A stretch of 64,000 nucleotides of DNA, taken from assembly GCF_963921235.1 (NCBI RefSeq), contig NC_086108.1, forward strand, positions 115,260,001 through 115,324,000. Reading direction: 5' to 3'. Source of the DNA: Mobula hypostoma (lineage: Eukaryota). The notes beneath the pieces were generated by a model. The model saw only the letters and a program-made list of their open reading frames with translations, was not told where the DNA came from and did no database searches. A program made the position numbers and the translations under genes. Position 1 is the stretch's first letter, and each line of letters starts with the position of its first letter. Below, piece by piece: positions 12,100 through 23,528 of this stretch.

Positions 12100-15000
12100 C
12101 TCTCCTTCACGAAATTTAGTCATGTCCTCATGACATTGAGAAAATCTGCCAGCCTTCCTGCAAAGCACAAAGTCCAATCCAGATGTAAAAGGCAATGACA
12201 TGGCCCCGCAAAGCAGTAGGGGCCACACTCTGTTCCCCTGGTGCTACATAGGCCAGCCTATCCGGTGGTCTCCTGATTGTCTGGGATCTCCTTGCCCCCT
12301 CATCTACCTCTTCATGTTCTGACACTACTGGGGATACTTCTGATCTACGTGGTGAGGCATTCCCCCCGGTCTATCACTCGTGCCCTCCTGCAACTCGAAC
12401 CCCTCTGTCCCTTAGCTGAGCCCCACTTCATCCCTTGCAGGGTCCCGCTGAAACCCAGGTTGTCCACAGATAGCACCCCCCCCCGCCCCCAATTTCACCT
12501 GACTCACCATGAGAAGGTTTGAGAATCTCTTCCTCAGTCAGTGGGGAGTTAGCAAAGCTCAGCATATACCACACCCCCACTTCCTCATCCTCTAAATCAG
12601 TATCCCAATCAGGGGCGGGGGCCGGTCTAATCTCTCCTGCTGTTGATCCTTCAGTCACCTCGCGTTTCCAGGTCGGCTCTGGGTCTACCTGCACCTCTTG
12701 TCCCAGAGGCAGAAGGTGGTTCTGATGGAGAATCTCGACAGGCCCATTCCCATCCTCTGGTTTCACCCGAAAAACTGGTACGTTTGGCATCTGACTCTCC
12801 ACTACATAGGGCGTAGCTGCCCAGCGGTCAGCCAACTTCTGCTTTCTGGGTAGTCCCAAATTCCTTATGAGGACTCGGTCTCCCGGCATGAGTTGGGAGA
12901 ATCTCACCTTTTGATCATACCTCCTCTTATTTCCTTGATTCTGCTGGGCAGCTGCAACCCCGGCCAATTCATAAGCCCTTTTCAGCTCCCTTCTCATATC
13001 AGACACATACTTCAGATAAGTCTTCAGAGGTAGGTCTTCCTCGCCAGTCCCAAAACAAAGGTCAATGGGCAACTTAGCCTCACACCCAAACATCAGATAA
13101 TACGGTGAGTATCCAGTAGCTTCATTTCGGGTACAGTTGTAACAGTGGACCAGATGTCCAATACGTTGAATACACCTGCTCTTCCTGCTGATCTCCAGGG
13201 TCCTGAGCATGTCTGGCAAGGTCCGATAAAACCTCTCGGGCTGGGGATCACCCTGCGGGTGATAAGGAGTAGTCCTTGACTTCTCAACTCCAAGCGTGCC
13301 CAGTAACTCATGTGTAAGTCTACTCTCAAAATCCCGTCCCTGATCACTATGTATTCACCTGGGAAGGGCATAATAAATGAAATACTTCTCCCATAACACT
13401 TTTGCCATCGTAGACACCCTCTGGTTCTTGGTAGGAAAAGCCTGAGCATATCTGGTGTAGTGATCCGTGATGACTAAGACATTCACCATGTTGCTGGCAT
13501 CTGGCTCTATTGACAGGAAATCCATACACACCAGGTCCAGGGGCCCAGCATTCTGCAGGTGGGATAATGGAGCGGCCCTCGTAGGCAAGGTCTTCCTCCA
13601 TAAGCATAGAATGCATGACTTGCAGTACTCTTCAACCTCCCGGTCCATTGGGGCCCCATAAAACCAGTCTCTGAGTAATCCAAATGTCCAGAATCATCAT
13701 GAAGTGACCCCCAAATGTCCAGAATCATCATGAAGTGACTTCAACACAATCCTCTGATACTTCTCAGGCAGAACCAGCTGGGAACACCGAGGCCGGTCCG
13801 GAGGCGATGTGACCCAGTATAGGATCTGGTTCCTCAACTCCAACCTGGGTCATTCTCTCAGTAATGGAGGCACCACAGTGGGTTTCATCTTCTCCACTTG
13901 GGCCATGTCTCCCTTTTCAACTGCTGACAAAATGATACCGATGCCCGGGTCATCTCGCTGAGCAGCTGCCACTTCCCCAGGACTCAATTCTGGTAACTGG
14001 TTTGTCTTCAGAGCAGTCAGGTTACAGTACACTTGTGGAATGGCGACATCAGAAGCTCCCAATTGATCTACCGCTCGATCCTGCCCTTGATTTCCCTCTG
14101 CCTTCACCGTGATGGCAAACTGACACATGGCTTTCACTCCCGGGGCAGGAACGCTCTCCCACTCCTTGTCCCTGTCCAGTTCCTCATGCGCACGTGGGAC
14201 AAAGTATCCGTATCAATGTTCCTACTTCCCGGCTGGTACTTCAGGCTGAAATCTTAGGCAGATAACACCACCAACCACCGATGGCCTGTGGCATCCAGTT
14301 TTGCTGAGGTCAGGATATAAGTTAGGGGATTTGTTGTCTGTCCTCACCTCAAACTTGGCACCATAGAGGTAGTCACTCAGTTTATCCACCACGGCCCTTT
14401 CAATGCCAGAAACTCCAAGTTGTGCATGGGATAGTTTTTCTTAGGGGGTGACAGACTCCAGCTGACAGATGCAACAAATGCCAACCCAATGCCCTGATCC
14501 TGATACAGGATGCCCCTGAAGCTCTCTCTGCTGGCATCCGTATGGAGTACATACAGCCATTGGGGTCTACAAAAGCCAGCACAGGTGCCAGGGTCAGCAT
14601 CTCCTTCAGCAACTGAAAGGCCTCTTCACATTTTGCATCTCACCTCGGTCTAAAAGGCTCCAAAGGGCTAAGGTACTTTACCCTCCTCTCCTTTTGTCCT
14701 CCTCCCTTTCCTCGCCAAGGGAGGGTAACCACACAGAAGCTGATTTAAAAGATGACTTACTTTTGCGTAGCCCTTCACGAACCTCAGAACCACAGGAACG
14801 AGTGCAAAGCACTCATAGTCTGGGGCCTTGGTTATGTGGTCACCGCCTCTATCTTAGACGGATTTTAGCTACTCCATCCCGTGAGACTACTTTCCCAACA
14901 TAGCAAACAGACATCTTTGGAACTGGTACTTGTTCAGGGAAACTTGTTCCCTTCAGCTTAAAGGCGGCTCAACACCTTCCATAGTCTCGCTTCATGTTCC

Positions 15001-15860
15001 TCCAAGGTGGACCCAAACACTGAGGTCATCCAGGTACACCAATACCTCAAGCAAGTTCATATGCCCCACTGTTTTCTCCATGACCCACTGGAAGGTCGCA
15101 GGGGCTCCTGATATGCCCTGGGGCATCCTTTCAAACTGGAAAAATCCCAGTGAACATATAAATACAGTCTTTGTCAGCCTCACTCCTGGGGATCTGGTAA
15201 TATCCACTCCTCAAGTCCAGCACACTGAACCACTTCTCACCACTCCCAACAGGCCAGTACGTGTTCAATCCTCAGGACCGTGTACTGGTTGGGGACAGTA
15301 CAGCTGTTCAGAATCCGATAGACCACACGCATCTGTACCTTCCCATTCTTCTTCCTGACCACTACTATTGGGGACGCATATGGGCTTCTGGATTCAGTGA
15401 TGATCCCAGCTTCCTTCAGCTTCCACAAGTGCCAAACGTCTTCCACCCCTGCAGGGGCCAGTTGCCGCGACCTTTCTCTGAACGGGGTGTCCTCGGTCAC
15501 TCAGATAGTGTGACATATGCTCTTGGAACAACTCACATGAATTTCGTCAGTGGAAACGACACCTTCCAGTTTCAACAGCTTCTCTACCAGCCTCCTCTTC
15601 CAACCCGCAGGTACCAGGGAGTCCTTGAAATTGAATGACCCAGCTGTCAGCTTTTGCCTCTTTGCTCTTCTAATGTCTAGTCCCCAGCTTGTCTCAGCGG
15701 GACACTAGACGTTACCGTCACCGGAAAAAGATGCACTGGGACATCCCCCGCTTGAAGGTGACCTCCCTCTTCACAGTGTCCTGACAATCTCTGCCATCCT
15801 GTTCACCTGTACGACCGAGGGCTTCTGCTATTCAGGCCTCACCAGTACCCCAGCAGTTTC
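12100..15860 (-). mobile_element. Gypsy/Ty3 internal pol region (RT, RNase H, integrase), frameshifted; gag and 5' LTR missing
   Basis: RT SRSPYASPIVVVRKKNG, FERMPQGISGAPATFQ, VYLDDL; RNase H TLAPVLAF; integrase C-x2-C, GPLDLVCMDFLSIE, VITDHYTRYAQAFPTKNQ, YNCT..TGYSPYYLMFG. RT-RH-IN order is Gypsy. Confidence 0.93.
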
Positions 15861-15948
15861 TTCCACATGCCTAAATGCCTAAATGCCCTACCACTCAGTG
15901 TGCAAGTCCTACCTTAGTTTGTCCTCCCAAAGTGCAACACTTCAAACT

Positions 15949-15984
15949 AGTCCTGACGAAGGGTCTCGGCCTGAAACGTCGACT
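15949..15984 (+). ncRNA. Intact minimal type I hammerhead ribozyme motif
   Basis: AGTC (stem I), CTGACGA (15953-15959), AGG/CCT (stem II), GAAA (15973-15976), palindromic ACGT stem III, GTC cleavage triplet (15978-15980), GACT (stem I). Confidence 0.85.
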
Positions 15985-16082
15985 GCACCTCTTCCTATAG
16001 ATGCTGCTTGGCCTGCTGCGTTCACCAGCAACTTTGATGTATGTTGCTTGAATTTCCAGCATCTGCAGAATTCCTGTTGTTT
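15949..16082 (+). mobile_element. 134-bp non-autonomous hammerhead-bearing retroposon (Penelope terminal-repeat derivative) with 12-bp TSD
   Basis: ACACTTCAAACT at 15937-15948 and again at 16083-16094; the insert interrupts an older minus-strand CR1 fragment (~15890-16290). Confidence 0.88.
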
Positions 16083-16440
16083 ACACTTCAAACTTGCTTG
16101 GATTAAAATCTGCCATTTTTGTGCACATCTCTGTAAATGACCTATAGCCCACAGTATCCTTTGACACTCACCACAACTCCACCAGTCTTTATGTTATCTG
16201 CAAACCTGGTAACCCAGCCGTCTACACTACGTTGTCATCCAATTCATTTACATCACAACAGAGGTGCCAGCACTGATCCCCGTGCAGCCACACTGACCTC
16301 CGCTCAGATGATAAACACTCCTCCACCGTATATGTCTTTGAACATGAAAGTTCTGAACCCAAGCTATCAGGTCACTGTGAACCAGAATCAGGTTTATTAT
16401 CACCGGCATGTGACGTGGAATTTGTTAAGTTTGGTTGGTT

Positions 16441-19125
16441 AATAGACAATAGGTGCAGGAGTAGGCCATTTGGCCCTTCGAGCCAGCACCGCCATTCACT
16501 GTGATCATGGCTGATCATCCACAATCAGTATCCAGTTCCTGCCTTATCCCCATAACCTTTGATTCCACTATCTTTAAGAGCTCTATCCATCTCTTTTTTG
16601 AAAGCATCTAGAGAATTGGCCTCCACAGCCTTCTGGGGCAGAGCATTCCATATATCCACCACTCTCTGGGTGAAAAAGTTTTTCCTCAACTCCGTTCTAA
16701 ATGGCCTACCTCTGATTCTTAAACTGTGGCCTCTGGTTCTGAACTCACCCATCAGCGGGAACATGCTTCCTGCCTGCAGCATGTCCAATCCCTTAATAAT
16801 CTTATATGTTTCAATAAGATCCCCTCTCAGCCTTCCGAATTCCAGAGTATACAAGCCCAGTTGCTCCAATCTTTCGACATATGACAGTCCCGCCATCCCG
16901 GGAATTAACCTTCTGAACCTACGCTGCACTCCCTCAATAGCAAGAATGTCCTTCCTCAAATTTGGAGACCAAAACTGCACACAGTTCTCCAGGTGTGGTC
17001 TCACCAGGGCCCTGTACAGCTGCAGAAGGACCTCTTTGCTCCTATACTCAATTCCCCTTGTTATGAAGACCAGCATGCCATTAGCTTTCTTCACTGCCTG
17101 CTGTACTTGCATGCTTGCTTTCAGTGACTGATGTACAAGAACACCTAGATCTCGTTGTGCTTCCCCTTTTCCTAACTTGACTCCATTTAGATAATAATCT
17201 GCCTTCCCGTTCTTACCACCAAAGTGGATAACCTTACATTTATCCACATTAAACTGCATCTCCCATGCATCTGCCCACTCATCCAGCCTGTCCAAGTCAC
17301 CCTGCATTCTCATAACATCATCCTCACATTTCACACTGCCACCCAGCTTTGTGTCATGGGCAAATTTGCTAATGTTACTTTTAATTCCCTCATCTAAATC
17401 ATTAATATATATTGTAAACAGCTGCGGTCCCAGCACTGAACCCTGTGGTACCCCAGTGGTCACCGCCTGCCATTCCGAAAGGGACCCATTAATTGCTACT
17501 CTTTGTTTTCTGTCAGCCAGCCAATTTTCAATCCATGTCAGTACTCTGCCCCCAATACCATGTTCCCTAATTTTGCCCACTAATCTCCTATGTGGGACTT
17601 TATCAAAGGCTTTCTGAAAGTCCAGGTACACTACATCCACTGGCTCTCCCTTGTCCATTTTCATAGTTACATCCTCAAAAAATTCCAGAAGATTAGTCAA
17701 ACACGATTTCCCCCTTGTAAATCCATGCTGACTCGGACCGATCCTGTTACTACTATCCAGATATGTCATAATTTCATCTTTTATAATTGACTCCAGCATC
17801 TTTCCCACCACTGACGTCAGGCTAACCGGTCTATAATTCCCTGTTTTCTCTCTTCCTCCTTTCTTGAAGAGAGGGACAACAGTAGCCACCCTCCAATCCA
17901 CAGGAACTGATCCTGAGTCTATAGAACATTGGAAAATGATTACCTATGCGTCCACGATTTCTCAAGCCACCTCCTTAAGTACCCTGGATGCAGACCATCA
18001 GGTCCCGGGGACTTATCAGCCTTCAGACCCAACAGTCTATCCGACACCATTTCCTGCCGAATATAAATTTCCTTCAATTCATCCATTACCCGAGGTGCTT
18101 TGGCCACTATTATATCTGGGAGATTGTTTGTGTCTTCCCTAGTGAAGTCAGATCCAAAGTACCTGTTCAACTCGTCTGCCATTTCCTTGTTCCCCATAAT
18201 AAATTCACTCGCTTCTGTCTTCAAGGGCCCAATTTTGGTCTTAAATATTTTTTTCCTTTTCACATACTTAAAAGAAGCTTTTACTATCCTCCTTTATATT
18301 TCTGGCTAGTTTACCTTTGTACCTAATTTTTTCTCCACGTATTGCCTTTTAGTTACCTTCTGTTGCTCTTTAAAAATTTCCCAATCCTCCGGCTTCCCAC
18401 TAGTCTTTGCTATGTTATACTTCTCTTTTATTTTTATACTGTCCATTACTTCCTTTGTCAGCCACGGCCTCCCCTTACTCCCCTTAGGATCTTTCTTCCT
18501 CATTGGAACGAACTGATCCTGCACCTTCCGCATTATTCCTAGAAACACTTGCCATTGCTGTTCCACTGTCATCCCTGCTAGGGTATTGTTCCATTGAACT
18601 TTGGCCAGCTCCTCCCTCATAGCACCATAGTTCCCTTTGTTCAACTGTAATACTGACACTTCCGAGTTTCCCTTCTCTCTCTCAAATTGTAGATTAAAAC
18701 TTATATTATGGTCACTACCTCCTAATGGCTCCTTTACCTCGAGGTCCCTGATCAAATCCAGTTCATTGCACAACACTAAATCTAGAATTGCGTTCTGTCT
18801 GGTAGGCTCCAGTACAAGCTGTTCTAAGAATCCATCTCGGAGGGACTCCACAAACTCCGTTTCTTGGGGTCCAGTACCAACCTGATTCCTCCAGTCTACC
18901 TGCATGTTGAAGTCCCCCATAACAACTGTAGCATTACCTTTGCGACATGCCAATTTTAACTCTTGATTGAACTTACACCCTACATCCAGACTACTGTTTG
19001 GGGGCCTGTAGATAACTCCCATTAGGGTCTTTCTACCTTTAGAATTTCTCAGTTCTATCAATACTGACTCTACATCTCCTGATTCTATGTCCCCCCTCAC
19101 AAGGGACTGAATATCATTCCTCAAC
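16441..19125 (-). mobile_element. CR1 LINE ORF2 (endonuclease + RT), second subfamily, 5'-truncated, a few frameshifts
   Basis: ORFs 18306-19124 (IYRPPNSS, GDFNM, GSDHN), 17940-18263 and 16525-17901 ([26 protein letters not shown] in place of KFADD). Confidence 0.95.
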
Positions 19126-19179
19126 CAGTATCAGAAAGAAATTGTTTTTTGTTAATGTTCTGCTTTCATATAGATGTTC

Positions 19180-19790
19180 ATTCGAAAACAGAACACTACT
19201 GCTCTTTGGCCCATCTAGTCCATGCCGAACAATTAATTTGCCAAGTTCTATCGACCTGCACCCAGGAAATAGCCTTCCATACCCCTCCCATCCGTTACCT
19301 ATCCAAATTCCTCTTAAATGTTGAAATCAAGCCCATATCCACCACTTGTGCTGGCATGTTGTTCCACACTCTCACCACCCTGAGTGAAGACATTCCCCCA
19401 TCATATCACTCTTAAACATTTTATCTTTCACCCTTAATCCAAGACCTCTATTTCTAGTCTCACCCAACCTGAGTGGAAAAAAGCCTGCTTACATTTATCC
19501 TATCTGTATCCCTCATAATTACAAATCTCCCCTCATTCTCCTACCCTCTACAGAATAAAGTCCTCGCCTATTCAATCATTCCATATGACTCAGGGCCTCA
19601 AGTCCTAACAACATCTTTGTAAATTTTCTTTGTATTCTTTCAACCTTAGTTACATCTTTCCTGTAGGTAGGTGACCAAAACCGCACACAATACTCCAGAT
19701 TAGGCCTTACCAACGTCTTACACTACTTCAACATAACATTCTCATCTTCTGTACTCGAGGTATTGATTTATGAAGACCAATATGCCAAAC
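19180..19790 (-). mobile_element. CR1 LINE 3' fragment
   Basis: Nucleotide similarity to the 3' end of the 8862-11478 copy. Confidence 0.8.
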
Positions 19791-20154
19791 TGGTAATTAA
19801 AAACCCAACTAAACTAATGCTTTTTGCCTACATGATGCCCATATCTCACTTTCCTGCACATTCGTGTGTCTTTCCAGGAGCCTCATAGATGTTATTATCA
19901 TAACTGTTTCCACCACCCCTGCAGGCAAAATTCTACATCCAATGTAGGATTTTGTGAATAAAACATGCAAGAGTTGTTTTATGTGCTTAACTAATGCCGC
20001 AGCTCTTCCATTACGAACAAACTGAAAGCTGTTGCCTTACACTGACATCAGTACAGCAGACGCAGTCTCTTAAAGTGAAAGCAGCGCAGTGATGGGATTT
20101 GCGTATTATGTAGAACAGTTTCTATTGTGGACAATATTAAATTACATACAAGTA

Positions 20155-20780
20155 GGTGTATGGTGTGTTAGCATTCATCAACCGTGGGATTGAGTTCAAG
20201 AGCTGTGAGGTAACGTTACAGCTATATAAGACCTTGGTTGGACCCCACTTGTGGTACTGTGTTCAGTTCTGGTCACCTCACCACAGGAATGATGCGGATA
20301 CTATAAAAAGAATACAGAGGAGATTTACAAGGATGTTGCTTGGATTGGAGGGCATGCCTTATGAGAATAGGTTGAGTGAACTTGGCCTTTTCTCCTTGGA
20401 GTGACGGAGGATGAGAGGTGACCTGATAGAGGTGTATAAGATGATGAGAGGCATTGATCGTATGGATAGTCAGAGGCTTTTTCCCAGGGCTGAAATGGCT
20501 AACATGAGGGGGCATAGTTTTAAGGGGCTTAGAAATAGGTGTCGACAGGATGTCAAGGGTAAATTTTTCATACAGAGAGTGGTGGGTGTGTGGAATACAC
20601 TGCTGGTGGCAGTGGTAGAGGCCGATATAGTAGAGTCTTTTAAGAGCCTCTTAGATAGGTACATGGAGCTTAGAAAAATAGCTACGCAGTGGGAAATTCC
20701 AGGCAGCCTCTAGAGTAGGTTACATGTCGGCACAAGGTTGTGGGCTGAAGGGCCTGTAATGTGCTATAAATTTCTATGTT
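20155..20780 (+). mobile_element. CR1 LINE 3' fragment
   Basis: ORFs 20156-20404 and 20411-20713 (LAFINRGIEFKS..QFWSPH; RGDLIEVYKMMRGIDR). Confidence 0.9.
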
Positions 20781-21224
20781 TATTACCCTATACAGCCCCA
20801 CCGCACCCCAGAATTCACCAAAACTGGCATTGTGAGTCTGTCTGGAGCAGGTACAAGCTGCTCAGCTCAAATCCTATTTGCCTTGGTTGGAGCAACAGCA
20901 GCTATTTCTGACTTGTCCAGGGGTATGCTGGCATTCACAAAGTCACGTCATGATGCAGGGTGTATGTAGTGGAACCATCCAGGTCTTGGTGTGCCAGTTT
21001 AGTGTGAACTACAGGTTTACTCTTCCTATCTATAATCCTTTTCACCCCATGGGTCACTGTAAGAGAGCTTAAGGGGGTGTTGATTGCATCATGGCGGACA
21101 AAAACGAATGAGGTAGAATGTAGGTCAACTGGTACCCAAGAGTGCTGTACACCATGATGCGAGGTAGGAAGAGGTGTAAAAGAATTGAGTTTACTGAGAA
21201 GGATGGAGCGCTGCTGAGAAGCAT

Positions 21225-22455
21225 TCCAGGCAACCACCATTCTTTATGTAAAACAAAAATTTTGCCCCATATATCTCATTTGAACTTTAGCTCTGTCACC
21301 TTAAATGCATGTCCTCTAGTAATGGACATTGCCACCCATGAAGGATACTGCTGCCTACCTGTGCCCCTCGATCAGACCTCCCCTCAACCTCTGCTGCTGC
21401 ACAGAAAACAACTCGAGCTGGTCCAACCTCTCCTCATAGCTCATACCCTCTAATCCAGGAAGCATTGTGGTGAGCCTCTTCTGCACCCTCTCCAGAGCCT
21501 CTACATCTTCCCTGTAATGAAGTGACCAAAACTGAAATGCAATAACCCAGATGCAGTCTGACCCAAAACATAAACAGGAAATTCTGCAAATCCAGAATTA
21601 CACACACAAAATGTTGGAGGAACTCAGCAGATCAAGAAAGGCTTTGGCCCGAAACGTCTCCATAGATACTGCCTGACCTGCTGAGTTTAGTGTGTAGCAG
21701 TCACTCAAATTTTATTATATATTTATTTTGAGATACAACTCAGTAACAGGCCCTTCCAGCCCAACGAGCCTCACCACCCAATTACACCCATTCACCAACT
21801 AACCTACAAACCTGTAGTTGTTGAAGTGTGGGAGGAAACCCATGTGGTCACTGGGAGAATGTACAAACTCCTTACAGACAGTGAAGTAATTAAACCCAGT
21901 TGTTGGCCCTATAACACTGTCCTAGCTTTATAAAGCTGCAACTTAACTTCCCAACTATTGAACTCACTTCCTTGACTAATAAAGATGAATATATCATAGA
22001 CCTTCCTTACCACTCTGTTAACCTGTGCAGCCACTTTCAGGAAGTTAAATCGGTTAGAACATTCCCTGGAGTGTAGGAAAATGAGGGGAGACTTGATAGA
22101 GGTGGGGTAAAATGATGAGGGGTATAGATAAGGTAAATATAAGTAGGCTTTTTCCGCTGAGGTCGGGTGAGACTACAACCAGAGGTCATGGATTAAGGGT
22201 GAAAGATGAAATGTTTAAAAGGAACATGGGGGGAATCTTCTTCAGTCAGAGGGTGCTGAGAGTGTGGAATGAGCTGTCAGCAGAAGTGGACATGGGTTTG
22301 ATTTTAATAGATAAAAGTTTGGATAAGTACTTGGATGAGAGGGATTTGGAGTACTGTGGTCCAGGTGACGATTGATGGGATGAGCAGAATTAGAATTCTG
22401 CGTGGAATAGATGGGTTGAAGGGCTTCTATCCAAGCTGCAGTGCTCTATGACTAT
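21225..22455. mobile_element. Cluster: old minus CR1 (split), inverted pair of hammerhead-element pieces (~21571-21695), minus SINE (~21730-21920), plus CR1 3' end (~22045-22455)
   Basis: GGAGGAACTCAGCAG followed by GGCCCGAAACGTC..CTGCTGAGTT; SINE core GTGGGAGGAAACCCATGTGGTCAC..GTACAAACTCCTTACAGAC; ORF 22112-22375 is the CR1 C-terminus. Confidence 0.7.
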
Positions 22456-22519
22456 GGCCTCGGATCCCAAGTCCTCTCTGTAGAACACCGATGTTGTATC
22501 TTGTCATTAACTGTGTAAT

Positions 22520-22790
22520 GGGCACCACAGAGTGCAGTGGTTAGCATAGGGCTATCACAGCTTGGGGTGTTGAACTTCGGAGTTCAATCCTGACATCACC
22601 TGTAAGGAGTTTGTACGTTCTTCCTATGAACACACAGATTTCCTCTGCTCTGATTCACTCCCACACTCCAAAGATTAATTGGTTAATTGGTCATTGTAAA
22701 TTGTCTCATGATTAGGCTATGGTTAGGTTGCAGGACGGAGTGGCTTGGTGGGCCGGAAGAGGCTATTCTGTGCTGTATCTCAATAAACAA
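22520..22790 (+). mobile_element. tRNA-derived SINE (V-SINE/HE1-like)
   Basis: A-box-like GCAGTGGTTAGC, B-box-like GAGTTCAATCC, central TGTAAGGAGTTTGTACGTTCT..CCCACACTCCAAAGA and a CR1-like tail. Confidence 0.75.
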
Positions 22791-22804
22791 ATATTGTCCC
22801 ATAG

Positions 22805-23522
22805 CAGAGTTGGAGTCCTGGATGGAGGAGGAAGAAGGCAGAGAGGAGGTGCTGAGGTTGGGCCCCATCCTGCACCAGCCAGCCTGTGCCCGTGGGGTGC
22901 TGCTGTCCAAGTGGGCGGCTGGAGAGGACGTCCGGCTGGGTGTACGTCAGCTTCATGAGATGGTCCAGAAGAAGCTGCGGCCGAGGTTCGCCTACCAACC
23001 ACCCGTTAGCCTGGGAAAGAGGCTCTTTGCCAAATCTCTTGGCTGCGTGACCTTGGCGCCCTTCATTGCTATCCAGAAAGCCTACAGCGACAAAGAGAAG
23101 GGGGCGTTGCGGCGAATCCGTGCGGACTGGGCACGTGGTCTGAGAGTGGCCGAAGGACAGGCGAGGGTCTGTCTCCATGGGATGTCAGTCAGGAGAAACT
23201 TGGATACAGCGCGTCGGCACAAAGAGGACCAGGCGCATGGTGATCGGATCCGGCAGCAACGTGAAGCAGAGCGCACGGAGTCACTGAGGCTCGCCCGGCA
23301 GAACAATGCCCTGTTCCTCGAGGAGAAGAGGCAGCGAGCGCTGGAGCGGGAGTCCACCAGGGAGTTTAACACCCACTACACAATGATGGCAGAAGCCTTG
23401 CTCAAGAAGCAGATCAAGGAGAAAGAGGAAAATCTCCATCAGCAGAACGCTGACCGGGCCAGGAGCATCAAGATGCAAGCCTGCCAGATGAAGGGAGAGA
23501 TCAGGGACTTCATGGTGTTCAG
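22805..23522 (+). CDS. LRRIQ3: Leucine-rich repeat and IQ domain-containing protein 3, large penultimate coding exon
   Basis: 718-nt open exon, acceptor TTGTCCCATAG (phase 1), donor AG/GTGAGT (phase 2). ARQNNALFLEEKRQRALERESTREFN..ALLK resembles the mammalian LRRIQ3 C-terminal coiled region as I recall it (ARERKALFLKEKSQKASER..GLLK). Confidence 0.8.
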
Positions 23523-23528
23523 GTGAGT

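Noticed and set aside
20003..20092. Possible additional LRRIQ3 exon after GCCGCAG
   Set aside because: Weak pyrimidine tract, no good donor in a compatible phase and no recognisable similarity.
21225..22455. Twin-priming inversion of one CR1
   Set aside because: The minus and plus pieces cover overlapping parts of the CR1 3' region, so they are separate insertions.
22520..22600. tRNA genes at SINE heads (also ~29130 and ~63000)
   Set aside because: Only A/B-box-like remnants followed by SINE bodies; no cloverleaf.
22687..22804. N-terminal part of the 279-aa ORF as a real start
   Set aside because: It lies in a SINE upstream of the splice acceptor at 22803-22804; the coding exon starts at 22805.
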